The notes under the pieces: generated by a model
What the model saw: the letters and a program-made list of their open reading frames with translations, nothing else
Databases searched by the model: none
Told to the model about the DNA's origin: nothing
Shown: positions 1-10,457 of the stretch, piece after piece
Layout of the letters: every line of letters begins with the position of its first letter
Numbering within the stretch: the first letter of the stretch is position 1
Translations under genes and position numbers: made by a program
Sequence record: NC_012638.1
Reading direction: 5' to 3' (one strand)
Length of the DNA: 64,000 nt
Origin: Escherichia phage RB14

Positions 1-1193
1 TCGCACTGCGCGCAGTATATGGTAAAGACCCAATCGCTTCCGGTGCTAAAGAAGCATTCCACCCAATGTATGGTCCAGATGCAATGTTCTCTGGTCAGGG
101 TGCTGCTAAGAAATTCCCAGCTCTGGCTGCTAGCACACAAACCACAGTAGGTGATATCTATACTCACTTCTTCCAGGACACTGGTACTGTGTATCTGCAA
201 GCTTCTGCTCAAGTAACAATTAGTGCAAGCGCAACTGACGCAGCTAAATTAGATGCTGAAATTAAGAAACAAATGGAAGCTGGTGCACTGGTAGAAATCG
301 CTGAAGGTATGGCTACTTCTATCGCTGAACTTCAGGAAGGTTTCAATGGTTCTACCGATAACCCATGGAATGAAATGGGCTTCCGTATCGATAAACAAGT
401 TATCGAAGCTAAATCTCGCCAGCTGAAAGCTGCTTACTCTATCGAATTAGCACAAGACCTCCGCGCTGTTCACGGTATGGATGCTGACGCTGAACTGTCT
501 GGTATTCTGGCTACAGAAATTATGCTGGAAATCAACCGTGAAGTTGTTGATTGGATTAACTACTCCGCTCAGGTTGGTAAATCTGGTATGACCCTGACTC
601 CGGGTTCTAAAGCTGGCGTATTCGACTTCCAGGATCCAATTGATATTCGTGGTGCTCGCTGGGCAGGTGAATCCTTTAAAGCTCTGTTGTTCCAGATTGA
701 CAAAGAAGCAGTTGAAATTGCTCGTCAGACCGGTCGTGGTGAAGGTAACTTCATTATCGCTTCCCGTAACGTAGTTAACGTTCTGGCTTCAGTTGATACT
801 GGCATTTCTTATGCTGCACAAGGTCTGGCTACCGGCTTTAACACTGATACTACCAAGTCAGTATTTGCTGGTGTTCTGGGTGGTAAATACCGTGTATATA
901 TCGACCAGTATGCTAAACAGGATTATTTCACTGTAGGTTATAAAGGTCCGAACGAAATGGATGCTGGTATTTACTACGCTCCATATGTAGCTCTGACTCC
1001 GCTGCGTGGTTCCGATCCGAAGAACTTCCAACCGGTAATGGGATTCAAAACTCGTTACGGTATCGGTATCAACCCATTTGCAGAATCCGCTGCTCAGGCT
1101 CCGGCTTCTCGCATCCAGAGCGGTATGCCTTCTATTCTGAATAGCCTTGGTAAAAACGCTTACTTCCGCCGTGTATATGTTAAAGGTATCTAA
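1..1193 (+). CDS. 23: Major capsid protein gp23, C-terminal part (5' end upstream of window)
   Basis: Frame is open from window start to TAA 1191-1193; translated sequence recognised as T4-type gp23 C-terminus (ends RVYVKGI). Confidence 0.95.
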   Translation, partial: ALRAVYGKDPIASGAKEAFHPMYGPDAMFSGQGAAKKFPALAASTQTTVGDIYTHFFQDTGTVYLQASAQVTISASATDAAKLDAEIKKQMEAGALVEIAEGMATSIAELQEGFNGSTDNPWNEMGFRIDKQVIEAKSRQLKAAYSIELAQDLRAVHGMDADAELSGILATEIMLEINREVVDWINYSAQVGKSGMTLTPGSKAGVFDFQDPIDIRGARWAGESFKALLFQIDKEAVEIARQTGRGEGNFIIASRNVVNVLASVDTGISYAAQGLATGFNTDTTKSVFAGVLGGKYRVYIDQYAKQDYFTVGYKGPNEMDAGIYYAPYVALTPLRGSDPKNFQPVMGFKTRYGIGINPFAESAAQAPASRIQSGMPSILNSLGKNAYFRRVYVKGI

Positions 1194-1208
1194 TCTTTGA
1201 CGATTTAA

Positions 1209-1237
1209 GGGACCTTCGGGTCCCTTTAGTTGTTTTA
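1209..1237 (+). terminator. Intrinsic terminator after gene 23
   Basis: Hairpin gggacc-ttcg-ggtccc (1209-1224) followed by T-rich tract. Confidence 0.8.
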
Positions 1238-1240
1238 TGG

Positions 1241-1248
1241 TATAAATA
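1241..1248 (+). promoter_or_regulatory. T4-type late promoter (TATAAATA) for gene 24
   Basis: Exact TATAAATA about 28 nt upstream of the gene 24 ATG, SD AGGAAA between. Confidence 0.8.
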
Positions 1249-1275
1249 AATCATATAAACCAAAAGGAAAGCGCA

Positions 1276-2559
1276 ATGGCTAAAATCAACGAACTTCTGC
1301 GCGAATCAACCACAACGAATAGCAACTCAATCGGTCGCCCAAATCTCGTTGCTTTGACTCGCGCTACCACTAAATTAATATATTCTGACATTGTAGCAAC
1401 GCAAAGAACTAATCAACCTGTTGCTGCTTTTTATGGTATCAAATACCTTAACCCAGACAATGAATTTACATTTAAAACTGGTGCTACTTATGCTGGCGAA
1501 GCTGGATATGTAGACCGAGAACAAATCACAGAATTAACAGAAGAGTCTAAATTAACTCTCAATAAAGGCGATTTATTCAAATATAATAACATCGTTTATA
1601 AAGTATTAGAAGATACACCATTTGCTGATATTGAAGAAAGCGATTTAGAATTAGCTCTTCAGATTGCAATTGTTCTTTTAAAGGTTCGTCTATTTTCTGA
1701 CGCAGCGTCAACAAGCAAATTTGAAAGCTCTGATAGCGAAATTGCGGATGCTAGATTCCAGATTAATAAATGGCAAACCGCAGTTAAATCTCGTAAACTT
1801 AAAACTGGCATCACAGTTGAATTAGCACAAGATTTAGAAGCAAACGGATTCGATGCTCCTAATTTCTTGGAAGATTTGCTTGCAACTGAAATGGCAGATG
1901 AAATCAATAAAGATATTCTGCAGTCTTTAATTACAGTATCAAAACGTTATAAAGTTACAGGAATTACTGATACTGGATTCATTGATTTGAGTTATGCATC
2001 TGCACCTGAAGCTGGTCGTTCATTATACCGAATGGTATGTGAAATGGTTTCGCATATCCAAAAAGAATCAACTTATACAGCAACGTTCTGTGTTGCTTCA
2101 GCTCGTGCTGCTGCGATTCTTGCTGCATCAGGTTGGTTAAAACATAAACCAGAAGATGATAAATATCTTTCACAAAATGCCTATGGGTTCTTAGCTAATG
2201 GTTTACCGCTTTATTGCGATACTAACAGCCCATTAGATTATGTAATCGTTGGCGTAGTAGAAAATATCGGTGAAAAAGAAATTGTTGGATCAATTTTCTA
2301 TGCTCCGTATACAGAAGGTCTTGACTTAGATGACCCTGAACATGTAGGTGCATTTAAAGTTGTGGTTGATCCAGAAAGTTTGCAGCCATCTATCGGTTTA
2401 TTAGTTAGATATGCTTTATCTGCAAATCCTTATACCGTAGCAAAAGATGAAAAAGAAGCAAGAATAATTGATGGTGGAGACATGGATAAAATGGCGGGTC
2501 GTTCAGATTTGTCTGTTTTATTAGGTGTTAAGCTACCAAAAATTATTGTTGATGAATAA
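1276..2559 (+). CDS. 24: Capsid vertex protein gp24
   Basis: 427-aa ORF directly after gp23, paralogous capsid fold, length equals T4 gp24. Confidence 0.93.
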   Translation: MAKINELLRESTTTNSNSIGRPNLVALTRATTKLIYSDIVATQRTNQPVAAFYGIKYLNPDNEFTFKTGATYAGEAGYVDREQITELTEESKLTLNKGDLFKYNNIVYKVLEDTPFADIEESDLELALQIAIVLLKVRLFSDAASTSKFESSDSEIADARFQINKWQTAVKSRKLKTGITVELAQDLEANGFDAPNFLEDLLATEMADEINKDILQSLITVSKRYKVTGITDTGFIDLSYASAPEAGRSLYRMVCEMVSHIQKESTYTATFCVASARAAAILAASGWLKHKPEDDKYLSQNAYGFLANGLPLYCDTNSPLDYVIVGVVENIGEKEIVGSIFYAPYTEGLDLDDPEHVGAFKVVVDPESLQPSIGLLVRYALSANPYTVAKDEKEARIIDGGDMDKMAGRSDLSVLLGVKLPKIIVDE

Positions 2560-2565
2560 AACAAA

Positions 2566-2590
2566 GGGACCTTTCGGTCCCTTTTTATTT
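2566..2590. terminator. Bidirectional terminator between convergent genes 24 and rnlB
   Basis: Hairpin gggacc-tttc-ggtccc flanked by A-run and T-run. Confidence 0.8.
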
Positions 2591-3593
2591 AACTTACCAA
2601 TTCAATCCAAGCCGGACGAAGTACATCTTGTACCATTTTAACTAATTCCTTTTTAATCAAAGAAGGATTATCCGCTTGAGTTAGAGTAATACCTTCACGA
2701 GAAGTTTCTTCCAAAATATCTTGAACAGTTAGTCCCATCACCTTTCCAAAATCTTTTGGACCAATTTCGCCAATTTTAGAAATAACGTTATTTACTCGGT
2801 TCAGTGTAACGTAGCAAGCTAAAATTCCCAGCAATTTATTATCAGCTTCTGACAGCTCAACTTTAGCTTTAATAGGCTTATCAGACTTTTTCTTTTCGCT
2901 AAATTTAGAGTTCTTGCATTTAATAGCTACACGATTGCCATTAGGCATCCAAGAAGGATAACAAGGTTTCAATACATATCCTTCAGCAGTAAATACTTCG
3001 CCTTTTGCTTCGGCATTCCAAACGCATTTATTTGCATCAACTAATCCAGCATGGTCTACCGTAAAATTATAATCCTGGACTACAGAATCTAAATCATTTG
3101 GCAATTTAATAAGCTCTTCAAATTTACCACGACCTAAAAGTGGAGCCATTTTAAATTTAAATGTATTACAGAATGATTCCATCATATAATCATCGACATA
3201 AGTCACATCACCGCTTTCGGTAGTAACAATAATGTCAAATACATAAAAATCTTTATCGCCATAATCGACATTCTTCTGAATGCCAGGTCCAGCGAATTCG
3301 CCAAAAACTTGATAAGATACAACCGCTGAAGTTTCCATAATATCTTGCACTGCTTCGATAGAATCAGCGTAATTCTTTAGAATAATTTCATACCCAAAGA
3401 AATCTTCAGCAGGAAGAATAGGACCAGTACGTTTAGCGCAAGTTACTTTATCACGCTCAATAATCAATGAGAAATTTGTGCCGTGAATCTTTTCACGAGC
3501 TACCCATTCGCCGCCAGTCAATCCCAGGCTATAAAGTTTTTCAATAAATTTAGAGTTGTAATGATTTTCAAGACTGCTATACTTTTTAAACAT
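2589..3593 (-). CDS. rnlB: RNA ligase 2 (Rnl2)
   Basis: 334-aa ORF; N-terminus [16 protein letters not shown]... and nucleotidyltransferase lysine motif (KIHGTN) recognised as T4 Rnl2. Confidence 0.93.
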   Translation of the reverse strand: MFKKYSSLENHYNSKFIEKLYSLGLTGGEWVAREKIHGTNFSLIIERDKVTCAKRTGPILPAEDFFGYEIILKNYADSIEAVQDIMETSAVVSYQVFGEFAGPGIQKNVDYGDKDFYVFDIIVTTESGDVTYVDDYMMESFCNTFKFKMAPLLGRGKFEELIKLPNDLDSVVQDYNFTVDHAGLVDANKCVWNAEAKGEVFTAEGYVLKPCYPSWMPNGNRVAIKCKNSKFSEKKKSDKPIKAKVELSEADNKLLGILACYVTLNRVNNVISKIGEIGPKDFGKVMGLTVQDILEETSREGITLTQADNPSLIKKELVKMVQDVLRPAWIELVS

Positions 3594-3602
3594 AATTAAT
3601 CC

Positions 3603-3881
3603 TCAAAATATAATTTCTAACCAATCACCATCACGCTGATCACTATTAACTTTAAAGCTAAATCCTTCTTTTCTCAGCCAATCACCAATTTCTTCAGTAA
3701 TCAATTTATCGCGAGCAGTACAATAATAACTAAAATATGTTTTACCTTGTTCAGCTGCTTTATTAGCAAGTTCTGAAAAATCTTTAATAAAACACTCTAG
3801 CTTAAACTGTTTACTTTTTAATGCTTTTTCGCGTAATTGATTAGCAAAAGATTCATTTTCATAAAGATCATACTGTTCCAT
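3603..3881 (-). CDS. Hypothetical protein (position of T4 24.2)
   Basis: 92-aa ORF, ATG start, coupled to rnlB. Confidence 0.7.
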   Translation of the reverse strand: MEQYDLYENESFANQLREKALKSKQFKLECFIKDFSELANKAAEQGKTYFSYYCTARDKLITEEIGDWLRKEGFSFKVNSDQRDGDWLEIIF

Positions 3882-4083
3882 TTTTCACCTTTTTATTGAT
3901 ATGTCTTTTTCTATAGACAACTTTTTCTCGAGTCTCAAATTTATTCTTAGCAGTCATAGCTCGAGCCCATAATACAGCCACTTCTTTCGCCTGTAAGTTT
4001 AATTCACGAGCAATTTCAATGAATGACTTTCCAGACTCATGAAGAGTAAACACCACAACCTCAGTTCTCATAATCAATCTCAT
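3868..4083 (-). CDS. Small basic protein, possible helix-turn-helix (position of T4 24.3)
   Basis: 71-aa ORF; segment ESGKSFIEIARELNL resembles an HTH. Confidence 0.6.
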   Translation of the reverse strand: MRLIMRTEVVVFTLHESGKSFIEIARELNLQAKEVAVLWARAMTAKNKFETREKVVYRKRHINKKVKNGTV

Positions 4084-4140
4084 GTTATCGAGTTGGTGCT
4101 ATTATATACATCATTTTCTGATTATGTTTTGTGTGCTTTC

Positions 4141-4166
4141 AAAATGAAGAAAGGGGCCGAAGCCCC
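4141..4166 (-). terminator. Terminator downstream of hoc
   Basis: ggggc-cgaa-gcccc hairpin; on - strand followed by U-rich tract. Confidence 0.7.
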
Positions 4167-4171
4167 TACGA

Positions 4172-5302
4172 TTATGGATAGGTATAGATGATACCAGTTT
4201 CTAAAGCAGTTTTATGAATGATGTATCCATTACGCGATTCTTGGACATCAACTTCTGGATAGTCTTTCATCATCTTCTGAAGAGTGTAACGATGCAGGTA
4301 GTATTTACTATCTGGATCTTCAGTTTTCCAATCTTTACCTTCTTCAGTCATTTTTTGGATTTCATCCATAACCCACCAACCGCACCAGATGTAAGCTGAA
4401 GTACGATGTGGAAGAGAATGAACATAAGGTAATTCACCTTCTGGTTCCGGAGCAACTTTATCAGTCACTTGAACTTGACCTGTTGTTTTAACTGTTTTGC
4501 TATCATAATCAGTTGCTGTAACGACAGCAGTAACTTCAATAGTTTGACTTCCAACAGATGAGGTATCGATAGTATATACGTTAGTTGACCCTTCTACAGG
4601 AGAAGAATCTTTCTTCCATGAATACGCAATTTGCGCTTCTTCTGGAGCATCAGTGACATTAGCGGTAAATGTAGCCGAAGCATCTTGCTGAACATTAATA
4701 GAAGGAGGAGTCAATGTAACCTGTGGATTCATTGTCTTCTTATTAACTGTCAATGATACTTCATTAGAAGTAACGCTCAGTGCATCATAATCTGTCGCTG
4801 TTACTTGAGCTACACACTTGATTTTTTTAACTCCGCTTGTAGTAGGAGTGTAATTGAATGTAGCGCTAGTTGCTTCGCTCACAGGAGAACCGTCAACGTG
4901 CCATTGATACGTAGCAGATGCACCTGATGGCTGCGAAGCTAAAGTAGCGGTAAATTCAACAGCTGTTCCGATTACTCCTTCCGGAGGACTATTAGGAGTT
5001 ACAGCTAAAGTAGTTGTCTGTGTCTTATTTTGAACTGTGATAGTTGTAGTAGCTTCTGCTGTTTCAGCATCAGTATCTGGAACTGGGTTTGTTGCAACTA
5101 CTTTAATAGTCTTTTGACCGGCAGGTCCTTTTAATACATAATTAAAAGTTGCTGACGTTTCTTCCTGTGGAGCACCGTCTACAGTCCAAGCATATGTAAT
5201 AGGTCCATCTCCAGTTTGACCACTGGGTGTAGCAGTAAACTGCTTAGTTTCATCAATAACCCCTGTTGGTGTTTTAGGAGTTATATCAACTGTAAAAGCC
5301 AT
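4172..5302 (-). CDS. hoc: Highly immunogenic outer capsid protein Hoc (Ig-like repeats)
   Basis: 376-aa ORF with repeated Ig-like units (ATFNYV/ATFNYT/ATFTANV) and conserved C-terminus; same length as T4 Hoc. Confidence 0.93.
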   Translation of the reverse strand: MAFTVDITPKTPTGVIDETKQFTATPSGQTGDGPITYAWTVDGAPQEETSATFNYVLKGPAGQKTIKVVATNPVPDTDAETAEATTTITVQNKTQTTTLAVTPNSPPEGVIGTAVEFTATLASQPSGASATYQWHVDGSPVSEATSATFNYTPTTSGVKKIKCVAQVTATDYDALSVTSNEVSLTVNKKTMNPQVTLTPPSINVQQDASATFTANVTDAPEEAQIAYSWKKDSSPVEGSTNVYTIDTSSVGSQTIEVTAVVTATDYDSKTVKTTGQVQVTDKVAPEPEGELPYVHSLPHRTSAYIWCGWWVMDEIQKMTEEGKDWKTEDPDSKYYLHRYTLQKMMKDYPEVDVQESRNGYIIHKTALETGIIYTYP

Positions 5303-5311
5303 AAGTTATCC

Positions 5312-5992
5312 TTATTTTAATGTTACGAAAGAAGAATTGCGTGTTTCACGAATTAGAACTGATCCGTCGCGGTTAATGTAATAAATTAAGCTAAATAAAG
5401 TTTGGTGTGCTGACGCATGCTCAAAACTTGTTGGGTGAGATTTCCAATCCGGAGTTTCAGCAATCCACTGGTAAATCCACCAAGGAACAGTACAGAATCC
5501 TGGATTTTTCCCAATCAGCTGAAGATTCGGACTAAAGTTTTCCGGAAGAGTAAATACAGACGGCTTTTCAGATTCAATAATCTCAGCTACAGCCTGTTCA
5601 AATTTTTCTTCAACAAAAGGAGTATCTTCAATCAAAACATCGGTATTTTCAGGAATTTTATCCGTTTCTACTACTTCAATTTTAATGTCAGATTTAACCG
5701 GAGAATCAATCAGAAGTGCTGCTTCTGGATTGACTTCTTCATCGTCATATTTTAATCCCTCTGCGGCATCAGCAGCATCAATTAAGTCTTTAATAGATAA
5801 CCCATCAATCTCTGGCATAGGTTCACTAGCAAGCTTCTGGAGGGCTTCTTCAATATCAACAACGATATTATCAAAAGATTTATTCTTTTTGACCTTTATA
5901 CCAAACTGTTCAGCATATTCAGCTAATTTAGCTTTAGCTTCTTTATTATCATCAAGAGCCTTCAGCTCTGCAATATAATCTTTATCTATCAT
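5312..5992 (-). CDS. inh: Inhibitor of prohead protease (Inh)
   Basis: 226-aa acidic ORF between hoc and segE, recognised as T4 Inh. Confidence 0.85.
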   Translation of the reverse strand: MIDKDYIAELKALDDNKEAKAKLAEYAEQFGIKVKKNKSFDNIVVDIEEALQKLASEPMPEIDGLSIKDLIDAADAAEGLKYDDEEVNPEAALLIDSPVKSDIKIEVVETDKIPENTDVLIEDTPFVEEKFEQAVAEIIESEKPSVFTLPENFSPNLQLIGKNPGFCTVPWWIYQWIAETPDWKSHPTSFEHASAHQTLFSLIYYINRDGSVLIRETRNSSFVTLK

Positions 5993-6005
5993 AATATTTC
6001 CTCAG

Positions 6006-6013
6006 TATAAATA
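6006..6013 (+). promoter_or_regulatory. Late-promoter motif TATAAATA upstream of segE
   Basis: Exact TATAAATA 29 nt upstream of the segE ATG. Confidence 0.6.
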
Positions 6014-6041
6014 TAGATATATTTATTACTCGGAAAATAGT

Positions 6042-6659
6042 ATGTACCACTTTGTATATGAAACAACAAATCTAATAAATGGTAAAAAGTATATAGGAAA
6101 ACACTCTACTGATGACTTGAATGATGGTTACCTTGGTTCTGGTAAGGCAATTCAGCAGGCTATAAAGAAATATGGTGAAAACAATTTCTCTAGAACAATA
6201 CTAAAAGAGTTTAAAACTTCCGAAGAAGCGTACATATATGAAGAAGAAATTATAACTCCTGAAATAATAAAAAGCAAAAATTATTATAATATGAAACCTG
6301 GTGGAATTGGTGGAATTGTTATGACTACAGAGGTTATAGCAAAGATGAAAGAATCTTCCGCTAAGAGATTTGAAAACTCACCGGGCACGGTATTAGGTAC
6401 AACTTGTTACACTAATGGAACTAAAAATATTTTTATTAAACCTGGAGAACTTGTTCCAGAAGGATTTGTAAAAGGGATGGTTCATCCTAATAGAAAGTCC
6501 AGAAAAGGATGTAAAGTCAAACCAACTACCACAGGAACTTTTTGGGTCAATAATGGTGCAATAAATAAATTAATACAACCAGACGGTATTATTCCCGACG
6601 GATTTATTAAAGGTCGTCTCATGAAAAGAGATTCTAAAGGCAAATTTAGTAAGGCATAA
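6042..6659 (+). CDS. segE: GIY-YIG homing endonuclease SegE
   Basis: 205-aa ORF; N-terminal GIY-YIG module (FVYETTNLINGKKYIGKH...YLGSG); located between inh and uvsW as in T4. Confidence 0.9.
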   Translation: MYHFVYETTNLINGKKYIGKHSTDDLNDGYLGSGKAIQQAIKKYGENNFSRTILKEFKTSEEAYIYEEEIITPEIIKSKNYYNMKPGGIGGIVMTTEVIAKMKESSAKRFENSPGTVLGTTCYTNGTKNIFIKPGELVPEGFVKGMVHPNRKSRKGCKVKPTTTGTFWVNNGAINKLIQPDGIIPDGFIKGRLMKRDSKGKFSKA

Positions 6660-6661
6660 TT

Positions 6662-8170
6662 ATGGATATTAAAGTACATTTTCACGACTTCAGCCATGTA
6701 CGCATCGATTGTGAAGAGAGCACGTTCCACGAATTAAGAGATTTCTTTTCGTTTGAGGCCGATGGATATAGGTTTAATCCTCGCTTCAGATATGGCAACT
6801 GGGATGGACGAATCCGTCTATTAGATTATAATCGCCTTCTTCCATTCGGCTTAATCGGGCAAATTAAAAAGTTCTGTGATAATTTTGGCTATAAAGCCTG
6901 GATTGACCCACAAATTAACGAAAAAGAAGAATTATCAAGAAAAGATTTTGATGAATGGCTTTCTAAATTAGAAATCTATTCAGGAAATAAAAGAATTGAA
7001 CCACACTGGTATCAAAAAGATGCAGTGTTCGAAGGATTAGTTAATCGTCGTAGAATTCTTAATCTTCCAACATCCGCAGGTAAATCTTTAATTCAAGCTT
7101 TGCTTGCACGTTATTATTTGGAAAATTATGAAGGTAAAATTCTTATCATTGTTCCAACAACTGCTTTGACAACTCAGATGGCTGATGACTTTGTTGATTA
7201 TCGTTTATTCAGTCATGCAATGATAAAGAAAATCGGCGGCGGAGCATCAAAAGATGATAAATATAAAAATGATGCACCGGTAATTGTTGGTACATGGCAA
7301 ACTGTAGTAAAACAACCAAAAGAATGGTTCTCACAGTTTGGAATGATGATGAATGATGAATGCCATCTTGCTACAGGAAAAAGTATTTCATCTATAATAT
7401 CAGGTTTAAATAACTGCATGTTTAAATTTGGTCTATCAGGTTCATTACGTGACGGCAAAGCTAATATCATGCAGTATGTTGGAATGTTTGGTGAAATATT
7501 TAAGCCAGTAACGACTTCTAAATTAATGGAAGATGGACAAGTAACTGAGCTAAAAATTAATAGTATTTTTCTTCGTTATCCTGATGAGTTCACTACTAAA
7601 TTAAAGGGAAAAACTTATCAAGAAGAAATAAAAATTATTACTGGACTCAGTAAAAGAAATAAATGGATCGCTAAATTAGCTATTAAGCTTGCGCAAAAAG
7701 ATGAAAACGCTTTTGTCATGTTTAAACATGTATCGCATGGTAAAGCTATTTTCGATTTAATTAAAAATGAATACGATAAAGTTTATTACGTATCAGGGGA
7801 AGTTGATACCGAAACACGCAATATAATGAAAACCTTAGCTGAAAATGGTAAAGGAATAATTATAGTAGCTAGTTATGGTGTATTTTCTACTGGCATTTCA
7901 GTTAAAAATCTTCATCACGTTGTTTTAGCGCACGGTGTTAAATCAAAAATCATTGTATTACAAACAATTGGTCGTGTATTACGTAAGCATGGTTCTAAAA
8001 CAATCGCAACAGTCTGGGACCTCATAGATGATTGTGGTGTTAAGCCAAAATCTGCTAATACTAAAAAGAAATATGTTCATTTGAACTATCTTTTAAAACA
8101 CGGCATTGATCGTATTCAGCGCTATGCAGATGAAAAATTTAATTACGTAATGAAAACAGTTAATTTATAA
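6662..8170 (+). CDS. uvsW: UvsW SF2 helicase
   Basis: 502-aa ORF with Walker A (LPTSAGKS), DECH box (MNDECH) and helicase C motifs. Confidence 0.93.
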   Translation: MDIKVHFHDFSHVRIDCEESTFHELRDFFSFEADGYRFNPRFRYGNWDGRIRLLDYNRLLPFGLIGQIKKFCDNFGYKAWIDPQINEKEELSRKDFDEWLSKLEIYSGNKRIEPHWYQKDAVFEGLVNRRRILNLPTSAGKSLIQALLARYYLENYEGKILIIVPTTALTTQMADDFVDYRLFSHAMIKKIGGGASKDDKYKNDAPVIVGTWQTVVKQPKEWFSQFGMMMNDECHLATGKSISSIISGLNNCMFKFGLSGSLRDGKANIMQYVGMFGEIFKPVTTSKLMEDGQVTELKINSIFLRYPDEFTTKLKGKTYQEEIKIITGLSKRNKWIAKLAIKLAQKDENAFVMFKHVSHGKAIFDLIKNEYDKVYYVSGEVDTETRNIMKTLAENGKGIIIVASYGVFSTGISVKNLHHVVLAHGVKSKIIVLQTIGRVLRKHGSKTIATVWDLIDDCGVKPKSANTKKKYVHLNYLLKHGIDRIQRYADEKFNYVMKTVNL

Positions 8171-8185
8171 GGGCTTCGGCCCTTT
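8171..8185 (+). terminator. Weak hairpin after uvsW
   Basis: gggc-ttcg-gccc hairpin followed by a short T tract. Confidence 0.4.
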
Positions 8186-8195
8186 GGAGAAAAAG

Positions 8196-8426
8196 ATGTT
8201 ACTAGAATTTAAACAATTTCTTTATGAAGCTTCTATTGATGAATTTATGGGTAAAATTGCCTCTTGTCAAACATTAGAAGGTTTAGAAGAACTTGAAGCT
8301 TATTATAAGAAAAGAGTCAAAGAAACTGAATTAAAAGATACTGATGACATCTCTGTGAGAGATGCTTTGGCAGGAAAAAGAGCTGAATTAGAAGATTCAG
8401 ACGATGAAGTAGAAGAAAGCTTTTAA
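8196..8426 (+). CDS. uvsW.1: UvsW.1
   Basis: Track ORF starts at TTG 8184; first ATG with SD (GGAG) is 8196, giving 76 aa. Confidence 0.8.
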   Translation: MLLEFKQFLYEASIDEFMGKIASCQTLEGLEELEAYYKKRVKETELKDTDDISVRDALAGKRAELEDSDDEVEESF

Positions 8427-8482
8427 ATTAAAAAAAGGCCCAACCAAAAAGGAAGGGCCAAAACTATAGACTAAAGGTCACA

Positions 8483-8650
8483 CTATAGCAAAAGTTGTGT
8501 TTCATTTAATTGTTCTTCCGAACTTTCTGAAACTGGTAGTTCTTTAATGTAATTATAGCAAGGCCCAGGATGTACAGGACCTTTGTCTGTTTCAACAACC
8601 AATGCAGAATCGATTGGAGTTTTACAGACAACACAAATCTTATCTGACAT
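8483..8650 (-). CDS. Small Cys-containing protein (position of T4 uvsY.-2)
   Basis: Hand-translated 55-aa ORF MSDKICVVCKTPIDS...; not in track (under 60 aa). Confidence 0.55.
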   Translation of the reverse strand: MSDKICVVCKTPIDSALVVETDKGPVHPGPCYNYIKELPVSESSEEQLNETQLLL

Positions 8651-8678
8651 GATTGTCTCCTCTGAATTATATATCTAT

Positions 8679-8903
8679 TTATACAACTCTCATATGCATA
8701 TCAATGCCCATATCTTTAGAATAAAAATATTCATCAAGATATCCAGCAAATTTTCCTTTAATATAAAGGACATCTTCGCCACACGGGTGGTCGGCCAGGA
8801 TACGAATATCCTGACGCTTAAGATTATGCTTTTTCATTAAAAATTGAATTTCCGTTTCAAATTCTTCTTCATAATTAAAAGCATCATCAATGCTATATCT
8901 CAT
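8679..8903 (-). CDS. Hypothetical protein (position of T4 uvsY.-1)
   Basis: 74-aa ORF; ATG overlaps uvsY stop (TAATG). Confidence 0.7.
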   Translation of the reverse strand: MRYSIDDAFNYEEEFETEIQFLMKKHNLKRQDIRILADHPCGEDVLYIKGKFAGYLDEYFYSKDMGIDMHMRVV

Positions 8904-9316
8904 TATTTTCCAGCCTCAAATGCCCGCATGTCTTGAATATGCTTAATAGCAAATCCACGTGATTTAATAGCATCAAGAGCTCCGCTACAGAAATCCAATA
9001 AAATCCCCCAATACTGCAGCGAGGTATCAACCTTTAAAACATCCTTATCAGCTGATAGAACTGTTTTCATTTCTGATTTCTCGTAACGATCCATACTAAA
9101 TTCATCACCATCTCCTCGTCCCGAGTAGTAGTCTAATTTAGCTTTAAGAGCAACTTTTTTCTGTGCGTCAATTCTAAGCATTTCCTTTTTAATACTTGAA
9201 TGCTTATTAAGCCATTTACTATATAACATCACATTATTAGCTGCTTCATACTGTAATTTAGTCGAATCTATAAACACATCTTTCTTCAATTCTTCTTGAA
9301 GATCTTCTAATCTCAT
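8903..9316 (-). CDS. uvsY: Recombination mediator UvsY
   Basis: 137-aa ORF recognised as T4 UvsY. Confidence 0.93.
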   Translation of the reverse strand: MRLEDLQEELKKDVFIDSTKLQYEAANNVMLYSKWLNKHSSIKKEMLRIDAQKKVALKAKLDYYSGRGDGDEFSMDRYEKSEMKTVLSADKDVLKVDTSLQYWGILLDFCSGALDAIKSRGFAIKHIQDMRAFEAGK

Positions 9317-9356
9317 ATTGTTCTCTATTCAATTGTTATTGGATGGACTTAGATTC

Positions 9357-9383
9357 ATTATACCACGTTTATACGTGAAGCAT
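9357..9383 (-). promoter_or_regulatory. MotA-dependent middle promoter for uvsY (corresponds to T4 oriF region)
   Basis: On - strand ATGCTTCA (MotA box), 13 nt, TATAAT; overlaps the gene 25 stop codon. Confidence 0.8.
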
Positions 9384-9781
9384 TATACTCTATTACTAGA
9401 AGCCAATTGCAGTTTTATCTGCTCAATATCATCGGGGTTATCGATGACCGAAAAGCGTATTTCTACTATCAGAGTATAATCATCATAAACGGGTATCACA
9501 TTAACTGATAATTTATCAATACGCGGCTCATAGTTTCTTACTGCGCTTTCGATATTGCGCTCAACTGTATCAGCAGTAAGAGGAGTCATATTTTCAAAAA
9601 GCTGGTCTGATAAATCACATCCAAATTCAGGGTCAAACGGTCTTGAACCTTTTCTTGTTGTAATAATTCCCAAAAGACTGTTTTTAATTGACCTTAATCC
9701 AAGTGATCTGGAAACATCTTTGTTCCAATCCATTTTCATTTCCGGGTCAATATCAGAATAAAGCTTATTAATATTTGCCAT
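9383..9781 (-). CDS. 25: Baseplate wedge protein gp25
   Basis: 132-aa ORF recognised as T4 gp25. Confidence 0.9.
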   Translation of the reverse strand: MANINKLYSDIDPEMKMDWNKDVSRSLGLRSIKNSLLGIITTRKGSRPFDPEFGCDLSDQLFENMTPLTADTVERNIESAVRNYEPRIDKLSVNVIPVYDDYTLIVEIRFSVIDNPDDIEQIKLQLASSNRV

Positions 9782-10407
9782 TATAGTAACTCAAAGAACT
9801 CTTTGAGGCCTCTTATTACATGAGCATGGGTTTTTCCACACTCTGGACATTTAATTGGAACAGCCAAATAAACGGTAGGTTTTAAAAGCATATCTTTTAT
9901 AGCTACAATATCTGACTCTGTGATGATAGAATATAAATCTTCTAGTTCCTTTTCATTTAAGTCTTCAACTGGAATGCTTTCCCCGTTAGCATGAATCGTT
10001 TCTATACATGATACTATCATGTGGGCTATATTTTTATCATCAAAAATTTTAGGGTATCGGAATTTAATTTTAATGTCACCCAGTGTATACCAGAGGTCTT
10101 CTGGTGCATCTATTTGTGTGTGTAATAGATTTATATGGGTTGGTATTTCAGTTCCACAGGTGCACTTCCAGGAGTTTTCGTGATTAACTTCGCCGAGAGA
10201 ATGTGCCCATAAATGAATCAACAATAGTTCTGATTCTTGGCGGTTTAAATCTTTTGCATTTGTGCAGTCTTTGATTAGCTTTTTAACAATTACTTCTACA
10301 GAACCATTATTTTTGGCAGTAATAAGTTCTAGATATTCTTTAAGCGTGAATGCGCGACAATTGATTATTTTAGAACCAACTCTCACATCAAATTTGTATT
10401 CATACAT
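9781..10407 (-). CDS. 26: Baseplate hub protein gp26
   Basis: 208-aa ORF upstream of gp25, divergent from gene 51. Confidence 0.85.
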   Translation of the reverse strand: MYEYKFDVRVGSKIINCRAFTLKEYLELITAKNNGSVEVIVKKLIKDCTNAKDLNRQESELLLIHLWAHSLGEVNHENSWKCTCGTEIPTHINLLHTQIDAPEDLWYTLGDIKIKFRYPKIFDDKNIAHMIVSCIETIHANGESIPVEDLNEKELEDLYSIITESDIVAIKDMLLKPTVYLAVPIKCPECGKTHAHVIRGLKEFFELL

Positions 10408-10428
10408 ATTTAGCTCCTTTATTTATCA

Positions 10429-10440
10429 TATTTATAAATA
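10429..10440. promoter_or_regulatory. Overlapping divergent late promoters for genes 26 and 51
   Basis: TATTTATAAATA holds TATAAATA on both strands (10433-10440 on +, 10429-10436 on -). Confidence 0.8.
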
Positions 10441-10457
10441 GAATAAAAGGAGCATCT

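Noticed and set aside
1659-2173. Minus-strand ORFs (82 and 64 aa) inside gene 24, and similar antisense ORFs inside hoc, inh, uvsW, gp27, gp29, gp48, alt, ligase, 30.2, nrdA, nrdB, rnlA, gp32, rnh, gp34, gp37, motA, gp52 and rIIB
   Set aside because: Each lies wholly within a well-supported gene on the opposite strand or in another frame, with low-complexity composition and no SD or promoter; treated as chance ORFs.
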